Source: Marsupella aquatica (lineage: Eukaryota; Plantae; Marchantiophyta). Taken from it: DNA of 64,000 nucleotides. This document shows positions 53,343 through 64,000 of this stretch, piece by piece. Every line of letters begins with the position of its first letter. Position 1 is the first letter of the stretch. Location: contig OZ316894.1 in NCBI GenBank assembly GCA_973895155.1, forward strand, positions 5,666,944-5,730,943, written 5' to 3'. The notes beneath the pieces are model-generated. The model saw only the letters and a program-made list of their open reading frames with translations, ran no database searches and had not been told where the DNA came from. A program made the translations under genes and the position numbers.

Positions 53343-55559
53343 TCATGGAAACGTTAAGCGGGGGTTTTTGGTGTCGGAATGATGCTTTAGTAGAAACATG
53401 GTTCGGATTTGTCTTTAGTTTCGGTATAATCTTCCGAGATTCCTGTACTAACCTACTGTACCTGAAATCTACATTTAGTTTGTTGGAATCTTCCAAAATT
53501 CCTGTACCAACCTACTCTAACTGAATTCTGCTTTTAAAATAAATAAATTAAGAAGCAAATAGCAAAACCAAGCCCGAGTGAGAGGGCTGTCCAATTGGAC
53601 CAACCTCTGGAGTGAGCGAGAACAGATTCTGAAATCTGGCTTTTTCCTCTAGTGAATCATGGGAATGGTTCATTGGGATACAATTTGACACTAATTATCT
53701 TTATTAAAAAAATGCAATTGCAATTGCCCCAAACCATTTGCAGCCCACAAAGTCAAATTGGGGTATTCTGCTCACAAGCCAATTTACGCATTAGCTTATC
53801 TAGGGCGCTAAGTACAGTGTTACAGTATTAGCACTAATGAAGTCATATAAAGGCAAGTGAAGCCAAATATACCTGGTCAGATCAAATGTTGGTGTCTAGA
53901 AATACCAAAGCACAACACTGGGCTTATGGAGAAACCCGTGCCCTTTCTTAAAAATCATTTAGAGAATGTAAAATGGACAGTCACAACGAGTAAAGACTCC
54001 CAAAACATTTTGAATTAGGGGTCTTCAACCTCAAAAGGTGATGTGATGTAATTTTTCTGCTAAGTTAAGGTTACAAACAGAAAAAAGGTGATGTGATAAG
54101 GTTACACACAGAAAAAGTCATGGACTACCAATTTCATGCCATGAAGGTAAGTGTTTGTAGAGGTCAGTGAAAGTTTTTTCTGCAGAACTCTGTGAAAAAA
54201 CTTACGTCATATCTTCAAGGCCTAAAGCCATCACATATAACATTTTGCTTGAGATACTCTATTGGATCCAGTAGTTGAGGGGTACTAGGGACAGTACAGT
54301 TACAGAAATGTGAGTTCTTTAGGGCAAGGTTCATCCAGGGATGATGTTCTGCAAACTTTCCCATGTTCTGTCAAAGGCCCCCCTGTTAGGATCCCCCCTG
54401 ATTACTGGCAGGAAACAGCAATGGCCCTAAACTAGCCAAGAAACCTCGGAATAGTTATTCAGTTAGTCAGTTATAACAAGTTGAAAATGGTTGGCTGGAA
54501 TTTAGCCAAGGTTCTAGACAAGTAAATCTAGACGCCCACCTGCACGGGCCATGAGGCTGAATCTGGGCCCAGCAGCCACAACCCATTTGAGACCATTCCA
54601 TGGAACCTAGGAAACAATAACAATGATGACATGACATGGCATGCATTGGGCTGGGCCGCGGTGAGGCTGCATGATAGTTCAAGGGGTCAGTGAAGGGAGG
54701 CCCCAATGTCCTCAAATAACAAGGCAGCCTTGCTCCAAAGAGGTTATGACTGCCCACTCAGGACCATGTGCATCCCCAAGGGAGTGGGGAATCTGATGCT
54801 TTGATAATCTCTAGAGTTGGGCAATATTGGTAACGTATTCTGTCATAAGCATGATAGGAGGAGTCACATTCGATAATTAAAAAAAATGTAAGTGAAATGG
54901 CACATATAGGTTACATGGGTTCCCATTACTTTAGTGAGATTCAGATGACTTTTCAACTCAATTGAGGGCCATGCATTTGATTGGCATGGTTTTCAGAACT
55001 CTACTCAAATACGGGTCTCCATAGTTGCATATCAAAATTTGACATGTATGGTGTACTATATCTTTCCATACTATGATGATTTTTAAAATTATTTTTCAAT
55101 ATTTAAAAATGAATGAGTGCACACCATATATTATCACATTTTGATGTGTTAGGGCTCAAATATCCGGTCATCGTAATCCATGATTCTCAAATATTGGAGC
55201 TGATATCTTGTACAGTAACTTTCCACTGTTATAACACTTTTCTCTGTACCGTCAATTACAACACTATTTACACATGCTACCTGAAAAACCCTGTACACAA
55301 GTAAAACAATAAAGTGTGCCACCAGCGTTTAGATGACTGTACAATGACGAGCTTCTGCCACTTAATTTACCTAGATTGCTGGGCATGCTATGGGCCCCAC
55401 TTGGAGGAGGATCATTTATGGACGAGGGATGCGGTGGGCCCGGGGCAGTTACACATGTAATCTTGTTGAAACTCCCTGTAAATTGGGAGGAAGTGTATTG
55501 CTACAAGAAGCCGTGGGGCCCGGTTGCATTACAGTCATGTTGTAAAAAGTCAGTCTGGT

Positions 55560-56130
55560 CCAATGGCATGTAAAGGCGCAATGCACCTACAGGCATGGTT
55601 TACTGGTGTCACACGCTCACAATGACGAGCAAGCTGGAACGGCGGGGAGAGGGGATGAGAGGGTGAGGGCCCCGGTTTTAGGGTTAGGGGCTGACCCACT
55701 GTATCAGGGGGAACAAACGGAGGAGGAAGTGGAGGAAATTCTCCAAAAGACTTGTTGCCATGTGACATCGATTGCTTCCTCACGGTCGCAAAGGCGATCA
55801 ATCGATGAACATAAGAGAATGAATTTATTTTTAACGAATGGCTGAATTGTTGGGGATAATCCTTATCCCGAGACACCATGCACATTTGAACACCATACAA
55901 AGTAGTCGACAAAACGAGTATGTGATTCACCTCACAACTGAGGCTACGTCCACGGGAAAGCAAGAGACCTTTACTTCTCTCTTGCTCCACTCCAACAATG
56001 AACTGAAGATCCACCAGGGGCTGACATAAGCCTTGGTTATATACTAGTACACGAATAATGAACAAGAAAAGGCTGAGGAGACATGATTTGGCAAAGGATG
56101 GAATCATTTGGGAGCTGGCTTGGATGTCAT
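55560..56130 (+). pseudogene. Possible degraded PIF/Harbinger transposase fragment
   Basis: LTNG*IVGDNPYP (55831-55869) followed by frameshifted TPYK, later STRIM and KGWNHL, resembling the Harbinger (W)IVGDxxYP..TPY..S.R..K.RW order. Heavily decayed. Confidence 0.35.
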
Positions 56131-57447
56131 AGTGGACAAGAGCAAGCAACGAGGTCACAGGGGTGGGTGCTCAATTACTTAATGGATCGATGACAGATTG
56201 CACTACTGCGGCTTGACTCCAAATGGAAAGAAAGCAAGGATAAGGTAAAGTAAGGTGAAAATGTATTATGAATGCCTTTCTTAGCCATTGGGATTGGCAT
56301 TTAGAATTCCATCTATTGATTAATCCGGCAGAGCGATGTGCAACAGAAGTGCACACACATAGGAACTTTGGCTGGTGTCAGTCAAGCCATGCCACTGTGT
56401 GCCCAATCCGATAGGGGATTGGCAGAACCGGAATGAATGAATGAATGACAGACACAGACGGATGGGATTGGTTGGTCAGAGTGCGTAATTGAACGAGGAA
56501 GACCGCTACAATGCATTTGATGAATAGCAATGGCATGAGGTCGGGAGTCGGGACTGCAATCCATGAACTCTGAAGGAGCTGGAGACATTGCTGACTACAC
56601 TTCTTCGTTCATTCTAATTTTCTTCCTTGGCCTTGGCAAGCGTTAGGATTCCGCTGCATGCACTTTGTGGATTAAACTGCTGTGACATTTATTGTATCGC
56701 CCTGATCCATTTCTTGGAGCACTCCCTCACATCGTCCCAATTTCTAAATTAGCATTTCTTGCCAATCAAACTTCTGGATTCTTCGCCATGTGAAGGTCCA
56801 TAATAATGGTGGGGGTGAATAAATTTGTGAAGAAAATTAAGCACACTAATGGTAAAAGCCACAAACAACATGACCCGTCAGTAAAAATAACCAACAAGAG
56901 ACTCATGAGTGCTGGGAATGAGAAAAGCTCAAAGCAAGGTCCTTTGTAAGGGACTTCCAGGGGGCTGCATGACCTGTTGCCTCTCTCTTTTCCCTTCCAT
57001 CCGCCGTGCCAATTGCCGTTCGGGCCTGCGGGGTTACTCTTTAGGGAGGTCAGAAGTGTAGGAGGCTCAGGACCTGATGCTGCTGAATGAAACAAAGGAG
57101 AAGAGTGAAGGGGAAGAAACATTGATTGTGTTAGTAAGGGCTCTCTTGCATCTGCAAGGGTTTCAAATAAGCGGCCCTTACCAGCCCAAAATTGTCAAGA
57201 AAAAGTGACAACTCAAATCTGCACATTGAAGGAAATAGGTGCAATGCTCCCACTCACTCCCATGTCTTTCTTGCCGTTTCCTCCCCTCAATTCTACAGGG
57301 CAGTATGAGTGTAGTTTTGATTTATTCACTTTTAAAGGTTGGGACCTCAAGGGCCGGAAATTTTTTGGCCCTTGCCCATGCTTCTCCACCAAATACACCC
57401 TCAGGACTGCCTAACTGCCACTGAGTTTTAAAATGCCATGGTTTCAC

Positions 57448-57612
57448 TTGAATACCTTGCACATGCAAGACTGCCCTAAATCCTAGAGCTTCAACCTCCA
57501 ACTTCTCAATGACCTTCCTCTATGCCTGGCAAAACTATGAACCCAAAGCTTTCCTGCAATGTGCAGTCTTGATATTGAAAGGCTTAAAGAATTGCCTGTT
57601 TCTTTTGGGGTG
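57448..57612 (+). pseudogene. LRR (NLR-like) gene fragment
   Basis: One frame reads LNTLHMQDCPKS*SFNLQLLNDLPLCLAKL*TQ...IERLKELPVSFG, matching plant LRR spacing (LxxLxxxxC, LxxLPxSFG), with two stops. Confidence 0.55.
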
Positions 57613-58839
57613 TTTCTCCCCCTCTTATTTATTGGGAGTTAACCACATATACCCTGGACACCATTAATCCAAAATACATTCAGAATTTTATCAGAATGAT
57701 GGTAACAATTGACCTATGTGCTATTTGGGTAGTTAACAATTGATCAAAAGAGATGGAACACATGCTATGATAGGTGAACATAATCCACACAGATCTATTG
57801 CCTAGCTGACAAATGCAAACGCACACTGTAGATCTTGTGAAGAAGTGCAAACCTTTTTGAAGACTACCCACTTGTAAAAGATTTATATATGTACTTAGCT
57901 GAATTTCTAGCTTGGTGGCGAAGGTCCCCACTTGCCCCTTATCTGATATTGGTGAAAAAACACCCACCTCTGTTCACTTTGGCACTACTCTGACTATGCT
58001 CTTGTTTATTACCTTTACTAGCCCAAATACCTGTGAGTATGCCCAGCCAGGATTCCCCTATCCAGGCTCCCATGCCCATCCCTATTCACAAGCATAACCC
58101 AAATATCAATAACATTTGTTCCCAGAGAAATGATGGCTTATAGCTTCACTCTCTGAACAAGGTCACGAACAATACACTTCAATTGCAAATTATAAAACAG
58201 AAATGGATTGACTTACAAAAGAGGTATTTTTTTATTCAAAAGCTTTTTTAAATACAGACAAGTAAAAGGCAATACCAAAACGGGACGGACAGAACGAACC
58301 CAGAAGGACAGGTGTTTTGAGGCCCGCTTTATATTCCTTTAGACTTGTATATATTTAGACTTGTGCTCACTACTCTTTGACGTTACTGTTCTGCATGGTC
58401 TTGGGTTGTTATCCATGTTATCTACTTGGGGGTTTGTGTAGCTTTAAATAGGGCCACCATCCCAATTGGAAAGTCACTTTGCCTCTCCCAAATTGATGTT
58501 CATATCTACTTTTGTAGTTGGGTTGCTCACCATATACAACAAAAACAATGAGAAGAAAAGATGAGCTCAGCTGCAGTAGCTCCAATATGTATGGTAGAGT
58601 AAAATAAAGCTTACATTCATAGATTTCATATAGTATCATATAAGAAGGTTTTGAATCCACTTCGAATGGCATTCTTGTACAGGGTGTAAAACACTCAACA
58701 GAACTCCATTACAAAAAACTATTGTTTTCTAAAAGTGGATTATTTTGTTACATTGTAAGAAAGCTAAACAAACTCTCAATTTCTAGAGTAACTCAACGTA
58801 TACATTAGGACATGTTGAGCATACAACTGCTGCTCAAAG

Positions 58840-59205
58840 ATAGCATGCACATGTGCAACATCAAACAAACATGCAAGTTGTCGACACAAGAGATGAGTGT
58901 TTCACCTCTCCAGGGGTTTTACATCCACGCAAACACACAAAAGAGCAACCCTAAGCCCATCCGTCCTACCGAGTTTCCACACATAAGCTCTGCCTACAGT
59001 AGATCTCAACTGGCTATGTCACAAAACGACTAAGTCCACTCAATGATTAAGTCCTGCTAGTGAAAATAATAGGAGCACAGCTACCCTGACCCAGCCACCT
59101 GACTATGGATAGACAAACTGCAGTTACATAGTAATTGTAGACCTAAAACAAAAAGAGGAAAAAAATGTAATTGTAGATCTAAGAGCTAGTAAATGCCTAG
59201 CTAGT
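58840..59205 (+). repeat. Diverged direct copy of 59490-59840
   Basis: Shared ordered blocks GCACATGTGCAACATC, CTCTCCAG, TAAGCTCT, CTAAGT(T)CCACTC, TGCAGTT(A/T)CATA and AGTAAATGCCTA; this copy ends in CTAGT near 59205. Confidence 0.7.
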
Positions 59206-59489
59206 AAGACACATTTGCTTGCATTTTTCATTTAAGGATTATATTAGGATATAGTGAGCCCAAGAAGTGTCACATTCCCGGCCACATTGTACATTTTCCC
59301 CAACATCACTCCCCCCACTAACAACTTGCGCATTCCTTGAAATCCAGTCTTCCGACCCACTCACTAACTAGCAACATTTGACTAGCTGGCCCGCTACCTG
59401 GCCATCTCATTTAATATGCTCAACAACATTTCCATTCATCATCAGTTACTACTTGCTGAGAAAATGATCGCTACACAAACTAAGACAGC

Positions 59490-59884
59490 TAGCACATGTG
59501 CAACATCCAACGAACACACAAATAGCTGAAACAACTGACATACTTGATTCGTCTCTCCAGAGTCTACATTTGAACAGACAAGAGAGCTTTACTGAAGTCT
59601 AAGCTCGTTGATCATGCAGAGTACCCAAAATTAAGCTCTCCCAATGACTTAGATGGCTTCGTAACAATGGGCCAGTACCTAAGTTCCACTCGGGATCATT
59701 AATTAAAGTCACACTAGCAATAGTGAATATAGTGGTGGCACATCTAACCTTAATCAAGTACTTGAGTATGGTTGAAAGTACGGTTTGACTGATTGCAGTT
59801 TCATAATAACTCTAGATCCAAGAGTAAATGCCTAACCCTGATAATAATACCGTGCAACCCACGCGCATTGGTGTTAACTACTAG
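59490..59884 (+). mobile_element. Non-autonomous Helitron-like 3' end
   Basis: An imperfect hairpin CCGTGCAACCCACGCG (59850-59865) is followed by CTAG at 59881-59884 and then T, the canonical Helitron 3' layout. The 5' boundary is not determined. Confidence 0.6.
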
Positions 59885-62199
59885 TAAACTACATGTCACC
59901 TAATGTGAGAGATATCCAGTGTCTCGTTGCATTGTGTAAGTACAAGGGTGAAATCTATCTTTTAATATGTGTGGAGGATGCTCTCTTGTTGATATTTGGA
60001 GACACATTGTCCCCCCAGTAATTCTTACCTTAATCTGTATGTTCAAGTAAACAGATCAATTGCTCTTATCTTTTTGTTCAGCGGGGGAGGGAAGGGGCGG
60101 GGTTTGTTTGGTGTGTTAGGCCATCCACATTGACACAATCATGTGCTAAAGCAGTTCGGGTCACCATAATGTATTTTAGCCCCTGCCAAATGAAGGGTAG
60201 CAATCATCCATACATATAGGTTAGTTTTGTATGTGGAAGTGTGTGAACTTTTGACACATCAAGAAAGGAACATATTTGTCATTATAACTTGTTCTAGCTA
60301 TACCTAAAATTTGACATGGGCTTCCGATAGGACTGACAATAGTGGTCCACAAGAATAATGCTTGCCATGACAGATGTGACTCCTTACCAACACCTCCCTT
60401 GGAGGCTTGAATGACAATGGCACAACAGAGAAATCTAGCTTCATATTGCCAATGTGGGGCAAGTACAATCACATGCCTAGACAGCCTTAGCTTTGCACAT
60501 GCACAAATTTTCTTGTGTGTTGGATGTGCATATGCCTCTCTAGCATGTAGATGACAAGTGGGACACTGAAGCTTTCCATAATGTAATAGGGTGAAATTGC
60601 AGGCAAGAAACGCCTTTCCAACTCAAAACTGAGTTACTGCAATACCATAAACCTGTACAATAGTTCCTTGAGTTCATTAATCCCAATGGGTCTGATCAGC
60701 TTGAAACCCTCTTGACTTCCGGTTAGAAATGGTCTCAAGTTTACCGTAAATTTCTATATTTGTGGAGAGTTTTGCCAGCTTTTGCACTCAGTGGCTGGCT
60801 TGGCTTGCAAAAGCATGCAAGTAACTCCTCCACCATTTCTTTGGACTGTCTTGATACAACCATCACATGAGCTTGGAGTGGCCCTCCAACCATTGAAAAT
60901 GGGATAGTACATGGATGCATCCCCGCTTTGTGTGCTACAGCTCTTGATCCCCCGTTTGAATAGTGAATACGAGTGGGGATTGAGGCTGGCATGGGTACAC
61001 AACACCAGGGAGCCCTTGTCTCGCCACTCACCTCCCCACACACTCACTTACCGTGTTGCATATAGGGAACGCCCTCGTGTGAAAATCCCATTCATTTGCA
61101 TTCTATCATTCAATCAATTGCCGATGTTAATGCTCTGGATGATTTAATGAGTTCATAAATCCCATCACAATCCTATTGATCTTGAAAGACACCCTCACAA
61201 GCTCTGCGTGATTTGCTGAGTTCATAAATCTTACCGGTCTTGAAAGACACCCGAGCTCAAACAACACCTAAGTGCTCAAAATCAAAATTCAAAATTTGCC
61301 TAACCCAACCTGCTGCTGGGGTTGGTTTGGGTTTGGGTTTGGGTTTGGTTGGGTTAGTTCTGGTTCTATTTGCCATCAGTTTCAAAAAATAGTTACTAGA
61401 CTAGGTAAAATTCCACAGTCATCCGTAATGGGATCGAAAAACAGCACCCGGAAACAAAAACGGGATTTTGCCCGTTTTCTGGCTCCCTCTGTCACCCAAA
61501 ACAAACTGGGGAGCTCAAATTTGAGGCCTCTTAATCGGCCCCGAATTACAGTTAACCAAACCCTGCTCTTGAGCGCAGTCAGCTTGCGTGACCCCATGCT
61601 GTCTTAACCGCAGTCAGGAGGTGTAGACATGCTTGCAGCAGCAATCACCATCTCTGCTCTCGTGAGCTTTGTACTCTTGTCATACAATACCATCATGCCT
61701 CATTCTCAGCCTTTGATGTGGACATCGCTACCTAAATGCGTACACATCCTCTCCATACGCCCGTCATGCATGACCTTTATCCTATGTCCACATCTTTGGG
61801 TCGGATGTGTACATGCGTGAGATGGTAATGATTGTCGCACATCCGGTTCTCTGACAGCCCCTTTCTACCAAAGTCACCGATCAATATTTATTTACAGCTT
61901 CTCTGGGCTCTGGCAAAACAGAACAGTAAGAAATCGTTGTCTAAAAAACGAGTACTAATGTACTCATTTCGGACCAGTCCTGCCACGCGGCCACGTTTTA
62001 TTAGATACTGAGGTTCCCAAATCTCACAAAATCATCTCATAACCGGTTATTCAACAATTTCTGGGTAATGGAATCTGACCGGTGACGACTGCTCTTAGGG
62101 TTCCGTGTACTGAAATGGTACGCTATTGGAGTTTCTGCTTCGGGGTCGATCCATGGGAGATTTGCATCTGACAGATTATATTTTAAGGTTTTCTAAGTT

Positions 62200-62455
62200 T
62201 TAGCCATTGTGGTTAATGTTTGCTTGTCTAAAGGAGTAGATTCTAGAAATATTTTTTTTATCAGATTTTACTGAATTAAATCATGACACTCAGATATCCC
62301 TAGATTTAAGGAGTAGTGATTCTGGATAATAGGGTCCATGATTTGGTGGAAGTGTGAATAATGGTGTTAGAAAAATCTAGCTAATATTAGCCAAAAGTTG
62401 TTACCATTTTTTGGGGACATGGGATTTGGCGAAAATTAGCACTTAAAAAAATAGG
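62200..62455 (-). repeat. Dispersed repeat family; copies at ~2830-3020 (+) and ~29370-29520 (+)
   Basis: Shared core TAAATCTAGGGA(G/T)ATCT with flanking TTTTAAGTGC.AATTTT.GCCAAAT and CTCCTT.AGACAAG blocks. Confidence 0.65.
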
Positions 62456-63549
62456 ATGGCATCTTACCCTCTCACTGTTTAGTCAGGGTCCCGTTAAGCT
62501 AGAAAATTGAATAGGAATGAGTTTGAGAAAAGAGCAGTCCTCATCGTCAATGCAAGCCTTTTATTATAACGTTACATTATTACATGGCGAGATAATGCAC
62601 ACAGTAAAAAGTGGAAGAGCCCAAAAGAGCCTCGTCACGAAGGTTCAGTACTTCAGTGCACCGACTGGTACTAGAGGAGCAGTACAGTACTACGATGGTA
62701 CGTTCGACAGAGACTTCATGCGTCAGTAGTCCGTCGGTCAGTTTGTCCGTCCATCTATCCATCCTCCCTACTGCCCCCGAGGGTGCCCCGACTCCGGTTT
62801 ACCGTAGTTCCGTTTGTGAAAGCTGGTCAGCTTGCATCTAATCTAATTAGAGTTCAGGTTCGGGCAGGTTTGGTCGGATCAGGGTCGGTCAGAGCTGGTC
62901 GGGGGCGGTCAGGCGAGTCTGGGGGCGTTGATTAGTTTACTGCAGTCTGACGGGTGGTTTCACCGTACTAATCATGGATAGCGTTTTGATTCTAGATTGA
63001 TTCTGAGGATTTATTACGAATCGTTAATTAATCATTATCCACGATTACTACGGCACTGCACCCATTAGCCTCCAGTAATGTGGCAAGTCGGTAATCAATT
63101 AGTTATCGAATCATTTCGAGACGGTGCCGAGTCAGCATGCCGAGTAACACAGAACAGTTGGGAATCTTCGGCGAATATCGTCCTTTTTCTTCGGACCAGT
63201 TATATATCAATCAGCGTTTCCCGAGTTTTTTTTGAGTTTTTTTTGAGTTTTTTAATCCTCTGGGAAGTGCGATTGGCGGTCGCGCGAATCGAACTGAATG
63301 TAACTCGAATACTTAATTAACGAACCAGTTAATTAATTGGATTTTAATTAAGCGAATCTGGCCTGCGCGGTTCAGGTGACCGCTGTACAAGGAGTGGCGC
63401 GAAGGCGGACGGTGAGTTTAACGCGAGGCAGGGCTGGCGGACAGTGAGTTAACTCGACTGCAGTTTTGGGGGCGGGAGTGATGAGAATTGGGAGTGATGA
63501 GAGAAGAGAGAGAGATGAAAGAGAGGGGCGACGAAGTTCTCGAGACAGG

Positions 63550-63554
<5 letters not shown>

Positions 63555-63585
<31 letters not shown>
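63555..63585 (+). repeat. (GA)n microsatellite in a probable promoter/5' leader
   Basis: About 15 GA units inside a CpG-rich block (62600-64000) that contrasts with the CpG-depleted TE debris upstream. Confidence 0.85.
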
Positions 63586-63587
<2 letters not shown>

Positions 63588-64000
63588 GTTTAGGCGCTAG
63601 AGAGGGAAACGCGACGGAGGTGCGATGTGCAGCTGAGATACAGCAGTGAGATGGACCCGACGGTATCTATGGCGGACGCAGTCAGGCCGCTGCTGGTGCT
63701 GGTGGTGTCTGTTGCCATTCGGAATTCCGCAAATGCGTGCTCGGGCGCTCATTCCCTTTGCTGATGATGCTGTGGGGCGGGGACTACTAATAATAATGGC
63801 GCGCCTCTTGAATCCAGACGCTCTAGCCATTCGATTCATTTCATCCCAATCCGGGCACGAAGCGGAGAAAGCGCAGTTTCAGACTTCAGAGCATTGAACA
63901 GAGCAGAGAAGCGGCAGCAGCGTGTGCGTGTTGCTGTTGGCCGTCTCTTCGATCCCTCTCTACGCTCTAGAGCTCTGACGTGCTGCTGCGCGGATTGCTT

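Noticed and set aside
61320-61357. GGGTTT repeats as an interstitial telomere
   Set aside because: Only about four units, and not the TTTAGGG plant repeat.

Overview
This is eukaryotic nuclear DNA from a repeat-rich region, most likely a non-seed land plant (bryophyte-like). That is inferred from the GT-AG introns, a DUF3172 gene with a transit-peptide-like N-terminus, plant-type L1 and F-box/LRR remnants, and a CRE-like retroelement. I can support only one intact host gene: a 3-exon DUF3172-family gene on the minus strand (12883-10531, 333 aa). Two near-complete non-LTR retrotransposons of different superfamilies are present, both on the minus strand. The first is a ~9.0 kb L1-clade LINE (14132-23136) with a poly(A) tail, a probable 7-bp TSD and an unusually long ~1.9 kb 3' region. 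The second is a ~4.2 kb CRE-like element with a single ORF encoding RT plus a restriction-like endonuclease, broken only by two point stops; old copies of its 3' UTR are scattered through the window. The rest is tandem repeats, a Helitron-type 3' end, a 47-bp TIR mini-element, degraded F-box, LRR and Harbinger-like remnants, and a probable 5' leader of a gene running off the right edge. There are no rRNA, tRNA or CRISPR features. All family assignments come from motif recognition by eye; no searches were run.
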